From: Coleofasciculus sp. B1-GNL1-01
Lineage (GTDB): Bacteria; Cyanobacteriota; Cyanobacteriia; Cyanobacteriales; Coleofasciculaceae
Length of the DNA: 64,000 bases
Reading direction: 5' to 3' (one strand)
Assembly: GCA_040220235.1 (NCBI GenBank)
Contig: JAVJTO010000013.1
Below the pieces are notes generated by a model. The model worked only from the letters and a program-made list of their open reading frames with translations. It searched no databases and had not been told where the DNA came from. Shown here piece after piece: positions 1 to 9,016 of this stretch (position 1 is the first letter of the stretch; the number at the start of each line of letters is the position of its first letter). The position numbers and the translations under genes are program-made.

Positions 1-211
1 GACAATAGTGACTCATTCCCCGATAATGGTAAGCCTGCGCCAAATCGGGATTAATCTGCAAGGCTTGATTCAACGCCGCGATCGCACGGCGATAGTCCCC
101 TTGCTGAAACGACGCGATTCCCTGACTCAAAAAGGTATCGGCGTCAGATTGCACATCCTCCATCCCTGCTGAGGGATTCTCGGATAGTTTAGAATTCCCT
201 GATACAACCAT
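1..211 (-). CDS. TPR-repeat protein, N-terminal fragment (gene continues past the window start)
   Basis: Minus-strand ATG at 211. My translation is MVVSGNSKLSENPSAGMEDVQSDADTFLSQGIASFQQGDYRRAIAALNQALQINPDLAQAYHYRGMSHYC, which contains a canonical TPR unit. The frame is open to the window edge, so it is absent from the ORF track. Confidence 0.6.
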   Translation of the reverse strand, partial: MVVSGNSKLSENPSAGMEDVQSDADTFLSQGIASFQQGDYRRAIAALNQALQINPDLAQAYHYRGMSHYC

Positions 212-296
212 AGTCTCGTCCTGCTGATGCTTGTCGCTAGTCATGTCCGTTAACCGAACAAGTTCTCCTCTTCTTGTTTCGCAGGTGCGATCGCTT

Positions 297-385
297 CATC
301 CGGATTCGTCATTTGTCTTATGTCATTCGTCATTCGTCATACTCGCTATCGCGAGAAGCAAGCTAGGTCATTCGTCATTTGTCGA
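297..385. repeat. STRR-type heptamer array (CATTCGT/CATTTGT) flanking a ~27-nt core (ACTCGCT..GAGAAGCAAGCTAGG)
   Basis: Period-7 repeats read directly. The core recurs at 35.55, 52.3, 54.3 and 61.6 kb. The overlapping + ORF 231..419 is a translation artefact of the array (SSFVLCHSSFVI). Confidence 0.85.
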
Positions 386-424
386 AACGCCCAACTGCTC
401 ACTGATAACTGCTCACTGATAACT

Positions 425-952
425 TCACGGTGCTAATTTCCTGACACTAAGGGTTTGCCATTTGTCCACATCGTCCCGACTCCGAACCGGTTCTGGTGTG
501 GAAATGGCTCTGACTTCATCAAAGAAAACCTGACTGTAGGGAATAACCACCTCTGTGGCTAATTTTTTTTGAACGGCTTGATCAAGATGCTGGTAAAGCA
601 AACTTAAATGGGGATTGAGAACATAAGCCGAGGGGTGAGCCGAGTTACGACGCAATGTTTCTGATATCTGCGTCAGAATTGCCGAGGAGGAAAATTGCAC
701 AAATAATGTCTTGGTATATAAATCGCTATAGCCAACCTGACCAATATCTAGCATAAATCCAGTCACATTTTTTACAGCCGTTTCGATTAATTCATCAATT
801 GATTCATCAGCCGTATAGTTACCAGAATAGATGGTGACGTGAGGCTCAAACCTGGGCGCATTATGGGCTTGAGATAGAGAATTTATCATCTCTTGAAAAA
901 AGGGTCGATAAGCGACTGACGGGATCAGCCAAAACGATATTTTAGTATTCAT
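425..952 (-). CDS. 2H phosphoesterase superfamily protein (2'-5' RNA ligase / cyclic phosphodiesterase-like)
   Basis: Two H-x-T/S motifs (FEPHVTIYSG and NPHLSLLY) about 80 aa apart. The ORF-track ORF runs to 1033, but I prefer the Met at 952 (MNTKISFWLIPS) because the upstream 27 codons look non-native. Confidence 0.7.
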   Translation of the reverse strand: MNTKISFWLIPSVAYRPFFQEMINSLSQAHNAPRFEPHVTIYSGNYTADESIDELIETAVKNVTGFMLDIGQVGYSDLYTKTLFVQFSSSAILTQISETLRRNSAHPSAYVLNPHLSLLYQHLDQAVQKKLATEVVIPYSQVFFDEVRAISTPEPVRSRDDVDKWQTLSVRKLAP

Positions 953-1090
953 TGGGTATCTAGGGCTTGCTGAATAAGCAGCCAGAAAAACAACCGATGG
1001 ATTAATTAGTGATTTAAGGATGAAAGCCCCCACGCTCGATTCAGAGTGAGGTCAAGCGGATATCTTTAGGATGCGATCGCGGTTAGGATT

Positions 1091-1154
1091 AGGGCGGGTT
1101 GCGTTGTTTAGTTTGAGGTGGGTTTCCTCATTTTATCCCTAAACCCGCCCCTAC
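1091..1154. repeat. Small dispersed hairpin repeat (AGGGCGGGTT ... AAACCCGCCCCTAC)
   Basis: Inverted arms read directly. The same arms recur at 14.8, 29.0, 44.8, 47.8 and 61.4 kb. Confidence 0.8.
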
Positions 1155-1181
1155 AAGTAACTGATGATTGTATGGGTAAAT

Positions 1182-4100
1182 TCATAACTCATCCTCAGAG
1201 AAATCTGACAAATCCGGTGGAATCACAACCCGATCAACCGAAACTTTATGACTTTCCCGTTCACTGTTTAAATCGACAGTAATGGCTTCAAACCGAATTT
1301 CCACTGTACCAAAAGGTACAACTAACTGGGTTAATGCTTCTAATTCCCCCGATTTATTTGGGCTTAAATCCATTAACCAACGGGGTCCATCAAGTAGGGA
1401 GCGACTTTGACGATCTTGAACCCATAATTTAACGCCTAAGCGAGCCGAATGAGGATTCAATTTAATCTTTACTAGCACAGGTTCCCCAGCCGCTAGTTCC
1501 TGAGTCGGGATGAATAGTTGTGGTGTGGGTAAGGGCGTCCCTAAGTCGAGTTGAGCCATGTCAGACGTTCTCAGGTGCGATCGCGCTCCTGTTTCTGTCT
1601 CAACGGTTCTTGAACCAACTGGCTGAGACGCTGAAGATTCGGTAATCGAGGGTTCATCCTCAACCACAATTTCTCGCTCCAACAATTCCTCACGATTCAA
1701 GGGAGGATGATCGGGTTGGACAGGGGGTTCAAGTTTCGGGATCTCCTCATGATTTAGACTCCCCACCTCCTCGGTGTCTTCATCCCACATCGATTCATCA
1801 AAGCCATTTAATTCTTGATCGTCATCATCAGAGGATGGTGGAATTTCTTCAGGTTGAGCAAATAATGGATCAACCTCTGGCTCGGATAGTTCCCCTTCCA
1901 ACTCAACCAAGTCCTCCCTAGGGGGTAACTCCACTTTCAGCCATTCGGCTAAATCCGTATCCGTCATTAACGCATTTAAACGCCCCCAGAATCGCTCATT
2001 CAGGTTGAGTTCAGTGAAAGCGCGATCAACCGCGATCGGATCTTGCTCCGGGGGTGCAGCATTGGACATGGCGGCTGTTTTCCACTCGGATAAGTCTGGA
2101 TTCGCTATCTCCTCTCCCTGGGAGGATTCGGGTTCCGCCTCTGGTGTTGAGATCCAGACATCGGATATCTCGGTGGACTCTGTAGAAACCTGTTCAGATG
2201 TTTCTGCTAAGGCGGCGAGATTGTCCTCTAGGAGGGGCGTTTCATTTGAGGGTTCAGTAGACTCAGTTCTGCTTTCCGCCTGCACAGAGGCTTCAGTGAC
2301 AGCCGTATTAGGAACAGAGATAGTCTCGTTGGTTTCCCCCTCGCCTGTTTCCTGTACCAGAGATTCGGTGACTGATGAGTCTATTACGAAGTCTTCTGTT
2401 GTAGCGTCGGGTGCTGAAGGTGTTGTTTCAGTTGTCGGTTTATCGGTGGGTTCAACAGCTTGCGATCGCGTTTCTGTTTCTGGCTGGATTTCCTCAAGGG
2501 ATTCTGATGCTTTCCCTGGGGTTGGTTTGGGCTGAGAAAAGGTAGGCAAATCCAGCGATTTGGTTAATCCGGGCTGGGATTGGGGGTGATAAAGCTGTGG
2601 GGGTAACGGTTGATGGGATGAGGGTTGGTAGATTAAAGGCTTACGGCTGTTCGGATTATCAACCAAATCAAGAAATATCTGATTCAGAGAAATTGACTGT
2701 GACTTGGGTTGTGGGGTAGAAACCCCAGGAGTTGTGTCTTCCGATTTTGTCCAATTTCCTGATTGAACCGCAACTAACAATTCATCTAAATCTACCGTGA
2801 CTGTAAACGGTTGACTGGCTAATGCTGTCCCCGTTGATTCGTACAGGTTAAGTTTTCCTAGTAATAAACAGGTTTTGCTGTCTGAGGGAATCTCTAGAGT
2901 CTGGCTAAACGTGACAGGAAATGCGGGTGCAGCTATGGGGGTTCGGACATCCACGACAACCTCTCCGGTTTGCGGATGACGTAATTCGTAGTGTAGGATG
3001 CCCTGAAACTGATTTGTCTCACTTAGGACAGTTTCCCTAGGGTCTAGCGGATGCACCTTTAACTGATCCACCTGTCCGGCTACAGTCAGAGATTCTCCCC
3101 GTTGCGTGACTAAAGCTTCCTCCTCTAGGGTTACGATTAATCCTTGCCATGACGTATCTTCCTCTGGGGAAAATTCGGATTCTGGGGAGATGGGAATAGG
3201 CAATTCTGAGGACTCAGACGCTTCAAATTCTTTGATTACAGGATCGAGTACCTGTTGCAACACTTGCTCTAGCACTTGCAGGGATTGATCCAAGATGGGA
3301 TTGGAGATAGGAGATTGGGAAGAGGTAGAGGTTGGAATCGGGATATCGGGTTCAGGATTCTCCAACTCAGGTAATGCTTCCGGTGAGGGAGAGGTGGCTT
3401 TTGTTTCTGAGGGTGTCGTTTCCTCTCTATCGCCGATTTTGCCATTTGTTGGCTGGGAAACGGCGTGTTCTGTATCCGTTTGAGAGGTGTCTGTCGCCGC
3501 TATAGGGGTATGGGTTTGGGGTAATGTGATTGTCTCAGTTAGAGTAGGTAACTCAGATGGAGAGGGGGATGGGGTGGATTGGGCGACAGGGTGAGATAAG
3601 TCGAGTGAATCATTATCCACATCCGCGATCGCAGGTTGCTCTTGTGTGGGAAGAACCTCTTCTGTCTCTGGGCTATGGAGGGACGTGATCAATGGGGAGT
3701 GACGTTCCTCAGGATGCGCGGAGTCATTATTGACCGTTTCCGGAGTGATCTGATGTCCTTGTGCCTTCTCTGCGCTTTCTGCCTTATGTCCTCTATAGTC
3801 TGCCTCTAAAGAGTCTTCTACCTTCGCGCTGAAGCCTTCTACCTTATTGAAAACCTCACTCACCTTAGGTACAACCGATAACTGTACCGTTTCCTGCCAG
3901 GAATTGCCCAGAAAATCGGACATAATATCGCCACAGCAGCGCAACTCCCATAGACCGGGCTTAAGATAGGTAAAGGGAATAATCACCATTAACCCATCAG
4001 GGTTAGTACGGCGCGATCGCTTTTGATACCGTCGCTTGGGTGGTGTTTCATTCGTATCGGTATGCGTCACGCAAATTTCCACATCGGTATTGGCGCGACT

Positions 4101-4211
4101 CGAATGAGCCACTACCCGGTATCGACCCACATCCAAGTCAAGCTTAGGGGATTTGATCGGTAACCAAGTGCGATCGCCCTCTTTTTGGAGTAGAAATTCC
4201 CAATAGTCCAT
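1182..4211 (-). CDS. Large (1009 aa) acidic P/S/T/E-rich protein of unknown function
   Basis: Longest ORF in the region. The N-terminal (aa 1-115), central (~350-480) and C-terminal (~870-1000) segments have ordinary beta-rich composition and are separated by long acidic low-complexity tracts. No signal peptide. A 19-nt gap separates it from the upstream ORF. The + strand ORFs inside it are composition shadows. Confidence 0.75.
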   Translation of the reverse strand: MDYWEFLLQKEGDRTWLPIKSPKLDLDVGRYRVVAHSSRANTDVEICVTHTDTNETPPKRRYQKRSRRTNPDGLMVIIPFTYLKPGLWELRCCGDIMSDFLGNSWQETVQLSVVPKVSEVFNKVEGFSAKVEDSLEADYRGHKAESAEKAQGHQITPETVNNDSAHPEERHSPLITSLHSPETEEVLPTQEQPAIADVDNDSLDLSHPVAQSTPSPSPSELPTLTETITLPQTHTPIAATDTSQTDTEHAVSQPTNGKIGDREETTPSETKATSPSPEALPELENPEPDIPIPTSTSSQSPISNPILDQSLQVLEQVLQQVLDPVIKEFEASESSELPIPISPESEFSPEEDTSWQGLIVTLEEEALVTQRGESLTVAGQVDQLKVHPLDPRETVLSETNQFQGILHYELRHPQTGEVVVDVRTPIAAPAFPVTFSQTLEIPSDSKTCLLLGKLNLYESTGTALASQPFTVTVDLDELLVAVQSGNWTKSEDTTPGVSTPQPKSQSISLNQIFLDLVDNPNSRKPLIYQPSSHQPLPPQLYHPQSQPGLTKSLDLPTFSQPKPTPGKASESLEEIQPETETRSQAVEPTDKPTTETTPSAPDATTEDFVIDSSVTESLVQETGEGETNETISVPNTAVTEASVQAESRTESTEPSNETPLLEDNLAALAETSEQVSTESTEISDVWISTPEAEPESSQGEEIANPDLSEWKTAAMSNAAPPEQDPIAVDRAFTELNLNERFWGRLNALMTDTDLAEWLKVELPPREDLVELEGELSEPEVDPLFAQPEEIPPSSDDDDQELNGFDESMWDEDTEEVGSLNHEEIPKLEPPVQPDHPPLNREELLEREIVVEDEPSITESSASQPVGSRTVETETGARSHLRTSDMAQLDLGTPLPTPQLFIPTQELAAGEPVLVKIKLNPHSARLGVKLWVQDRQSRSLLDGPRWLMDLSPNKSGELEALTQLVVPFGTVEIRFEAITVDLNSERESHKVSVDRVVIPPDLSDFSEDEL

Positions 4212-4230
4212 AATCGTTAACGATTCTTCA

Positions 4231-4482
4231 TTAAGTTTTGAGTAGGTTATAGTGGGTCAAAATTTGGTTAACTCGTTCTTGACTCACCACATCCGAATCA
4301 TCAGCATGTTGAATCCATAACCCCTCTACTTGACTTTGATTGTAATCAAACGTCTGGGACATTTGGGGGATTAGCTCAACGTCTACTCCTTCTACTTGCC
4401 GTAAATGAGCCGCCACCTCTCGATAAACGGCTAAAGGTAATCTCGAACCAGATACATAGTATCGTAGTGATTGGCTGGTCAC
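4231..4482 (-). CDS. Small hypothetical protein (83 aa)
   Basis: ORF with normal amino-acid composition, tightly spaced between two co-directional genes. No motif recognised. Confidence 0.5.
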   Translation of the reverse strand: MTSQSLRYYVSGSRLPLAVYREVAAHLRQVEGVDVELIPQMSQTFDYNQSQVEGLWIQHADDSDVVSQERVNQILTHYNLLKT

Positions 4483-4548
4483 AGGCTATACGTTTCAATT
4501 CAATCGTTGACTTTCTCTTACCCAATACTACTCCCAGTGAGATCACAA

Positions 4549-4571
4549 AGAGACGCGCCATGGCACGTCTC
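4549..4571. repeat. Palindromic repeat AGAGACGYGCCATGGCACGTCTC
   Basis: Near-perfect palindrome. Related copies lie at 23.9, 33.7, 47.0 and 63.5 kb. Confidence 0.8.
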
Positions 4572-4609
4572 CCAAAATACACTCATTAGCAGGTAAGCCT
4601 AACCAACGA

Positions 4610-5536
4610 TCACGCGGGTGGTGGTGGCAAAGCGGTAGAGGATTCGGCTTGTGCTGGAGTTCCCGCAGGTCCTTCACCAACCTGTCTAGCCACTTCTTGA
4701 CCATATTGCTCCAGAACAACCACTGGTGTCGGACCGCGATTCACTTCAATCCGTTTAACCAGAACTTGTCCGTTGGAAATCCTTTGTCCTTCTTGGACGT
4801 AGCGGCTTGGTTCATTGGGAACTTTGACAATAGCTCGAGGCACATTGCCAACTTGGACTACGCCCTCAACTTCCACTTGCCTAGCTAGTGTAGGATCTGG
4901 TAATTTTGGCAGTTCGGGAACCAAGGGAGGAGGTTGCGGAACCGGACTGCCACTGGCTGTCGCACTACCTGGTTGCCCACCATTACCACCATTACCACCA
5001 TTACCACCGTTGGCACTCGTTCCCCCTGGTGAGGTTGCGGCTCCTGGTACTACATTGGAACCGTTGCCACCTGTTCTTCCTGTGCCACCTGTGCCACCTG
5101 CTTCTCTGCTTTGATTGCCACCGCCTGGACTACCTGGACTACCATTACCCGTCCCCCTCTGAACTGGAGGCGAGGGGACTCGCGGAACAACAGGTACAGG
5201 TCTAGATCCTCCTTGTGCTTGAGGATTAGGCGATACGGTTACTTCCGGTTTTAGGGTCAGGGTAGCAAAGGGATCGCTGCGTCCTTTTTCTACTTTTCTC
5301 ACTTGCTCCTGGGGTGACCGACTTCCAATCAACCCGGCTGCTGCTGGCAATCTTGGCTGTGCGCCTACATCAGGATTGGCAAAGGGCGCTACCTCTGGTG
5401 CAGCGGGTGACTCGCTTGGCGATTCCTCTGTCGTCGGCTCTGGCACTTCGCCAATTTGTTCAGTATCGTCCCCCTGACAACCTCCTATGTACAATGCTAA
5501 TACTGTGATCAACCCAACTAATAATTTTTTATGCAT
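4610..5536 (-). CDS. Lipoprotein with Pro-rich and Gly/Asn-rich tracts and a PilP-like C-terminal domain
   Basis: Met at 5536 gives MHKKLLVGLITVLALYIGGC, a signal peptide plus lipobox. Contains a low-complexity GGNGGNGGNGG tract. The C-terminal ~75 aa (VEVEGVVQVGNVPRAIVKVPNEPSRYVQEGQRISNGQVLVKRIE) resemble the PilP-type beta-sandwich pattern. The ORF track starts it at 5581. Confidence 0.6.
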   Translation of the reverse strand: MHKKLLVGLITVLALYIGGCQGDDTEQIGEVPEPTTEESPSESPAAPEVAPFANPDVGAQPRLPAAAGLIGSRSPQEQVRKVEKGRSDPFATLTLKPEVTVSPNPQAQGGSRPVPVVPRVPSPPVQRGTGNGSPGSPGGGNQSREAGGTGGTGRTGGNGSNVVPGAATSPGGTSANGGNGGNGGNGGQPGSATASGSPVPQPPPLVPELPKLPDPTLARQVEVEGVVQVGNVPRAIVKVPNEPSRYVQEGQRISNGQVLVKRIEVNRGPTPVVVLEQYGQEVARQVGEGPAGTPAQAESSTALPPPPA

Positions 5537-5694
5537 GATCGAGTCCCCCCATAGTTTTACAGAAGACACCAGACAGAACACCCCAATTAGAAATAAATTT
5601 CAATTATTTTCTCTACTTACTATTATAGTGAAAGGGTTGGGGAGGCTTTGACTACAACTGTTAGTAGCGATCGCGCCATCATCTTTGATCCTTA

Positions 5695-6474
5695 CTATTC
5701 CCCACCATTCATAATATTTTTCATGGCGTTGAGTCCTTTTTTCAGGCGGCGAGACACGGTTACCACACTAATATTCAACACTTCTGCCACTTCTTTCTGA
5801 GTTAAGTCATGTAAAAAGACAAATTCCAAAACCTCGCGAGTCCGTTGTTCTAAGTGAACCAGCGCTTGTTGCAGGCGAATTTGGTCTTCTTGTGCCAGTT
5901 GAAAACTGCGATATTGCGGATCAGGGACAATATCACCCAAACTGGTTGTGCCGTCTTCTTCGTCACCAACAGGCGTATCTAGGCTCAGAGGTTCTCGATT
6001 CTGATGCGCTAGCTTAATTTCTTGCCATTCAGCTAGAGGAATGTCCAGAGCTTCCGCTACTTCTGCATCGGTGGGTTGGCGATTGAGTTCCTCTCGTAAC
6101 TGGCGAATAATAGCGATAGACTGCTGTTGTAGGGCTAACCAGCGCCGGGGGATACGAATACAACCGCCGCGATCGCGCAAATAGTGTTGAATTTCACCAC
6201 GAATGTAGGGAATAGCAAAGGAACTAAAGGCATTACCCTTGCTGGGAGCAAATCGCTCAATCGCTCGAATTAGACCTAGACAGCCAACCTGTAGCAAGTC
6301 TTCATAGCTTTCGGTGCATTGATTGACCCAATAATGAGCTTCTCGTCTAACTAGCCCAATATTGAGATACACTAGCTGGTTGCGAGTCTCTGCGGATTTG
6401 GATTGCTGATAGTCTCGCAGCAATCGCAGGCTTTCGTGTTTTAGTTCTTGTTCGTGGGTAATGGAAGTCAGCAT
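5695..6474 (-). CDS. sigF: Group 3 RNA polymerase sigma factor (SigF-like, sigma-70 family)
   Basis: 259 aa. Region 2 is YEDLLQVGCLGLIRAIERFAPSKGNAFSSFAIPYIRGEIQHYLRD. Region 3/4 has the HTH LTQKEVAEVLNISVVTVSRR. There is no region 1.1, as expected for the SigB/SigF-type group 3 sigmas of cyanobacteria. Confidence 0.8.
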   Translation of the reverse strand: MLTSITHEQELKHESLRLLRDYQQSKSAETRNQLVYLNIGLVRREAHYWVNQCTESYEDLLQVGCLGLIRAIERFAPSKGNAFSSFAIPYIRGEIQHYLRDRGGCIRIPRRWLALQQQSIAIIRQLREELNRQPTDAEVAEALDIPLAEWQEIKLAHQNREPLSLDTPVGDEEDGTTSLGDIVPDPQYRSFQLAQEDQIRLQQALVHLEQRTREVLEFVFLHDLTQKEVAEVLNISVVTVSRRLKKGLNAMKNIMNGGE

Positions 6475-6886
6475 AGCAAAAGTAAGGGGGTAGAAGCGTA
6501 CTTTGAGTGAGAACCCTTAACTCAAGCCAGCGGTTCGGTGGGAAATTTGCTGCTGGAATCTAGAGGTTCGGATCACTACAGGTCAGGATCACTAATAGAT
6601 TAGCCAGCTACAGCCGTTTTTCGCAAGTACGGCTACCACAACGCCAGGAAGCAGGAGTAGGGTAAACCCATGAGCTAACGTTTTGGCTAATCTCCAAGGA
6701 AAGCAGTCAGTACACCCTAGTATCGCACTATGTTACAGCAGGACTCCAGTTTTTGGAACAAAATGTAGCTGAAAGTTCTGAGCTTGTATAGTAGTTTGTC
6801 GAAAGCATACCCCATTCAGTTAAGTATAACTCATATTTGCGATCGCTCCAGAGAAGCCTAGTGCAGTGAGCAGGTAAATAACTGAA

Positions 6887-6959
6887 CAGCTCCCCCAGCT
6901 CCCCCAGCTCCCCCAGCTTCCCCAGCTTCCCCAGCTTCCCCAGCTCCCCCAGCTCCCCC
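6887..6959. repeat. Tandem 9-mer array (CAGCTYCCC x ~8)
   Basis: Period-9 repeat read directly. It abuts the stop codon of the gene at 6963. It is G-rich on the minus (sense) strand. Confidence 0.9.
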
Positions 6960-6962
6960 TAA

Positions 6963-7418
6963 CTAATTTCTTGCCAACCATTTCTGGGCGTTCAATCGCT
7001 GTATGGTATAAAACACCAGCAGATCGAGAGACACCTTGCGTTCGTCAATCATGAATGACTCAAGGGTACTGGGTTTGGCTCCCTTGGGCGCACAGGAGAA
7101 GGCTTTTTGCTCCTTTATATCCTCATCGGGGAAATATACGTTAAATTGACGCTGACCATTAGCGAAGCGACCAATGACTTGCCAGCAGTCTGGCTGGGTA
7201 CTTAAACCGGGAATCGGATATTTTTCCTTGACAAAATTCACCTCTACATCATCGACACCTTGTTCGCTAAAGGCAGTCTTTAACGCGGGTAGGTACTCTT
7301 GTTCGATAAATTCCGGGAACGGTTTGTCCTCAGGTGCTGGCGGTTTCTCTTTTTTGGCTTTAGAGGATTTAGATTTAGCCCCTTGAGCGTCCGGATTAGA
7401 TTGGTTTTTTTCTGGCAT
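6963..7418 (-). CDS. Conserved cyanobacterial hypothetical protein (resembles the DUF2996 family, from memory)
   Basis: 151 aa with a Lys-rich N-terminus and a globular remainder (FPEFIEQEYLPALKTAF...). The family assignment is recollection only and was not searched. Confidence 0.55.
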   Translation of the reverse strand: MPEKNQSNPDAQGAKSKSSKAKKEKPPAPEDKPFPEFIEQEYLPALKTAFSEQGVDDVEVNFVKEKYPIPGLSTQPDCWQVIGRFANGQRQFNVYFPDEDIKEQKAFSCAPKGAKPSTLESFMIDERKVSLDLLVFYTIQRLNAQKWLARN

Positions 7419-7523
7419 AACGACTCACTTGCAGGTTTTTCTGATAATTTCTCTTTATATTTTTACAGAAAAAGGAGCCATCAATTAACCTGTTGCCCAT
7501 CTCTTCGCCGAAATTCCTAGGGA

Positions 7524-7784
7524 TTAACCGCCACTGACAGGGGGGATTAGGACAACCTCATCTCCTGCTTGCAAAATCGTATCCGGTTCAACAAACTGGA
7601 GGTTGATACCAAAACGAGTCAAATCCCGCCAGGGTTTCAGTTGAGGATGTTCGGCAATTAAGCTATCCAGAAGGACAGATACAGGGGTTTGGGCGGGGAA
7701 CTCCCGTTGAAGTTCAGGGACGCCGTAAGCGTCTTGATAAGCAGCGAATAGTTTGATGGTGACACAAATCAAAGGTTCAGACAT
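7524..7784 (-). CDS. moaD: MoaD/ThiS-family sulfur-carrier protein
   Basis: 86 aa with beta-grasp-like size and a C-terminal ...DEVVLIPPVSGG diglycine. Confidence 0.7.
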   Translation of the reverse strand: MSEPLICVTIKLFAAYQDAYGVPELQREFPAQTPVSVLLDSLIAEHPQLKPWRDLTRFGINLQFVEPDTILQAGDEVVLIPPVSGG

Positions 7785-7841
7785 CCAGCTTAATCCGCTA
7801 AAGCTCCAATTTTTTCTTGATCCTAACCCGTCTGTGGAAAT

Positions 7842-7988
7842 TCTCCCTCATCTCCCCCATCTCCCTCATCTCCCTCATCTCCCTCATCTCCCCTCCTCTG
7901 CCACACTACTCTAGTGCAAGACGGCAGAAATAACTGAACAGCTAATATCTCCCCCTGCTTCCCCTGCTTCCCCTGCTCCCCCTGCTTC
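7842..7988. repeat. Two 9-mer arrays (TCTCCCTCA, CCTGCTTCC) flanking the core TCTAGTGCAAGACGGCAGAAATAACTGAACAGCT
   Basis: Read directly. The core plus array recurs, reverse-complemented, at 47,006-47,105, and partially at 6,876-6,891. ORF 7823..8140 is an artefact of this repeat. Confidence 0.85.
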
Positions 7989-8030
7989 ATCGTATCTACG
8001 AAGCTGCTCAAGTATTTCCGCAGCACTACT

Positions 8031-8483
8031 CTAGGCTGTGCGACGCACTTTGATAACCGTTTGAGGCAAGACTCCCACCAACAGAGAAAAAGCCTCATTC
8101 GGTAATTTAGCAATTGTTTCCCCGTCAAAGAAGCCCTCAAACTGCTCTAGCATCTTTTGGGCGCGTTGCACGGGAACTGGGTTATCAGTAATTTGCATCG
8201 TTAATCTCACCCACTGTCGTCGAATCAGATATGCCCGCTTTCGTTCGTCTGACGATTCTGGAGAGAGTAAAGAAATATTCCCCACAGGTAGTACCCTTTG
8301 ACAGTCCAAATCGAATACTCCGCCTACCGCAGAACCGGGTCCGGCAAATTCAGCATGATAGCGCTTGAAGAGAATTAAGCCATTCCGACGCCGAGGATTA
8401 ACGATCAGCAACTGTGGATCGTGAAGCTGCTGAAGAATTTTTCCTTCCGGTGAGTCGTGGGAATTTGGGCTTTGTTTATTCAT
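8031..8483 (-). CDS. Hypothetical protein
   Basis: ORF with ordinary composition. I prefer the Met at 8483 (MNKQSPNSHD) over the ORF-track start at 8561. No motif recognised. Confidence 0.5.
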   Translation of the reverse strand: MNKQSPNSHDSPEGKILQQLHDPQLLIVNPRRRNGLILFKRYHAEFAGPGSAVGGVFDLDCQRVLPVGNISLLSPESSDERKRAYLIRRQWVRLTMQITDNPVPVQRAQKMLEQFEGFFDGETIAKLPNEAFSLLVGVLPQTVIKVRRTA

Positions 8484-9016
8484 GCCACTAGAGCCTTGAG
8501 CGTTGGCGAAACTATTGGGGGGGCCAGCACCTCCTCTTCTTCGTAAAGAGCTGTTTGGCAACGCTGGTTATTTTCGCTCTCCATTTCAACTCGTATCGCT
8601 TAATTTCAAGGGAGCAGGGATGCACCCAGGTTGAACGCACAACTAATCAATTTATTTGGTTATCAGTCTTTGATAATAACCAAGAAGAGAAGTTTTGGTG
8701 ATCATCTATGTTGAATTACCCTATCAAACAAACTCAGATCGGCGTCATTTGTTGCTTCTCGACAAATTTATAACTCTATTTTATGGCATACGGTTACAGG
8801 TATAGGTTAGGTCAATTCCCTACAGATGCCTGAATTGGGACAACATACGCCTCTTTGTTAAGAAATTTTATGAAGATTCTGTGAAGAAGCGGGAACGTTT
8901 TTTAAAGAAATGGTAAAGCTGGATCGAGACACTCGATTCCCAAAGGCGGCAAAGTGGAGATTATTTCCCCAACTGTGTCACTTACCGTCGTGAGGAAAAA
9001 AATCGTCTTAGGGTGG

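Noticed and set aside
231-419. ORFs made of CHSSFVI/CHLSFVI peptides (231..419, 27614..27926, 61480..61722, 61529..61714)
   Set aside because: They are direct translations of STRR heptamer arrays. The periodic peptide sequence comes from the 7-nt repeat read in three frames.
2005-3483. Plus-strand ORFs (2005..2535, 3106..3288, 3295..3483) antisense to the 1009-aa gene
   Set aside because: They have Ser/Gly/Val-rich low-complexity translations mirroring the acidic P/S/T/E tracts of the minus-strand gene. They are frame shadows without independent signals.
4376-5508. ORFs 4376..4582, 4649..4888, 4815..5114, 4906..5205 and 5314..5508 overlapping the lipoprotein gene region
   Set aside because: Their translations are repetitive (LPPLPPLPP, HHYHHYHHY), produced by the antisense or alternative frames of the Pro/Gly/Asn-rich tract. 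None has a plausible start context.
7524-7784. Stand-alone MoaD/ThiS-like gene considered as part of a ubiquitin-like conjugation or novel sulfur-transfer system
   Set aside because: No E1-like, MoaE, JAMM or ThiF/ThiG partner lies in the neighbourhood. The flanks are repeat arrays and unrelated hypotheticals, so there is not enough to propose a system.
7823-8140. ORFs 7823..8140 and 46950..47150, which share AVQLFLPSCTR
   Set aside because: Both translate the same dispersed repeat composite (9-mers plus the AGCTGTTCAGTTATTTCTGCC core). The shared peptide reflects DNA repetition, not a gene family.
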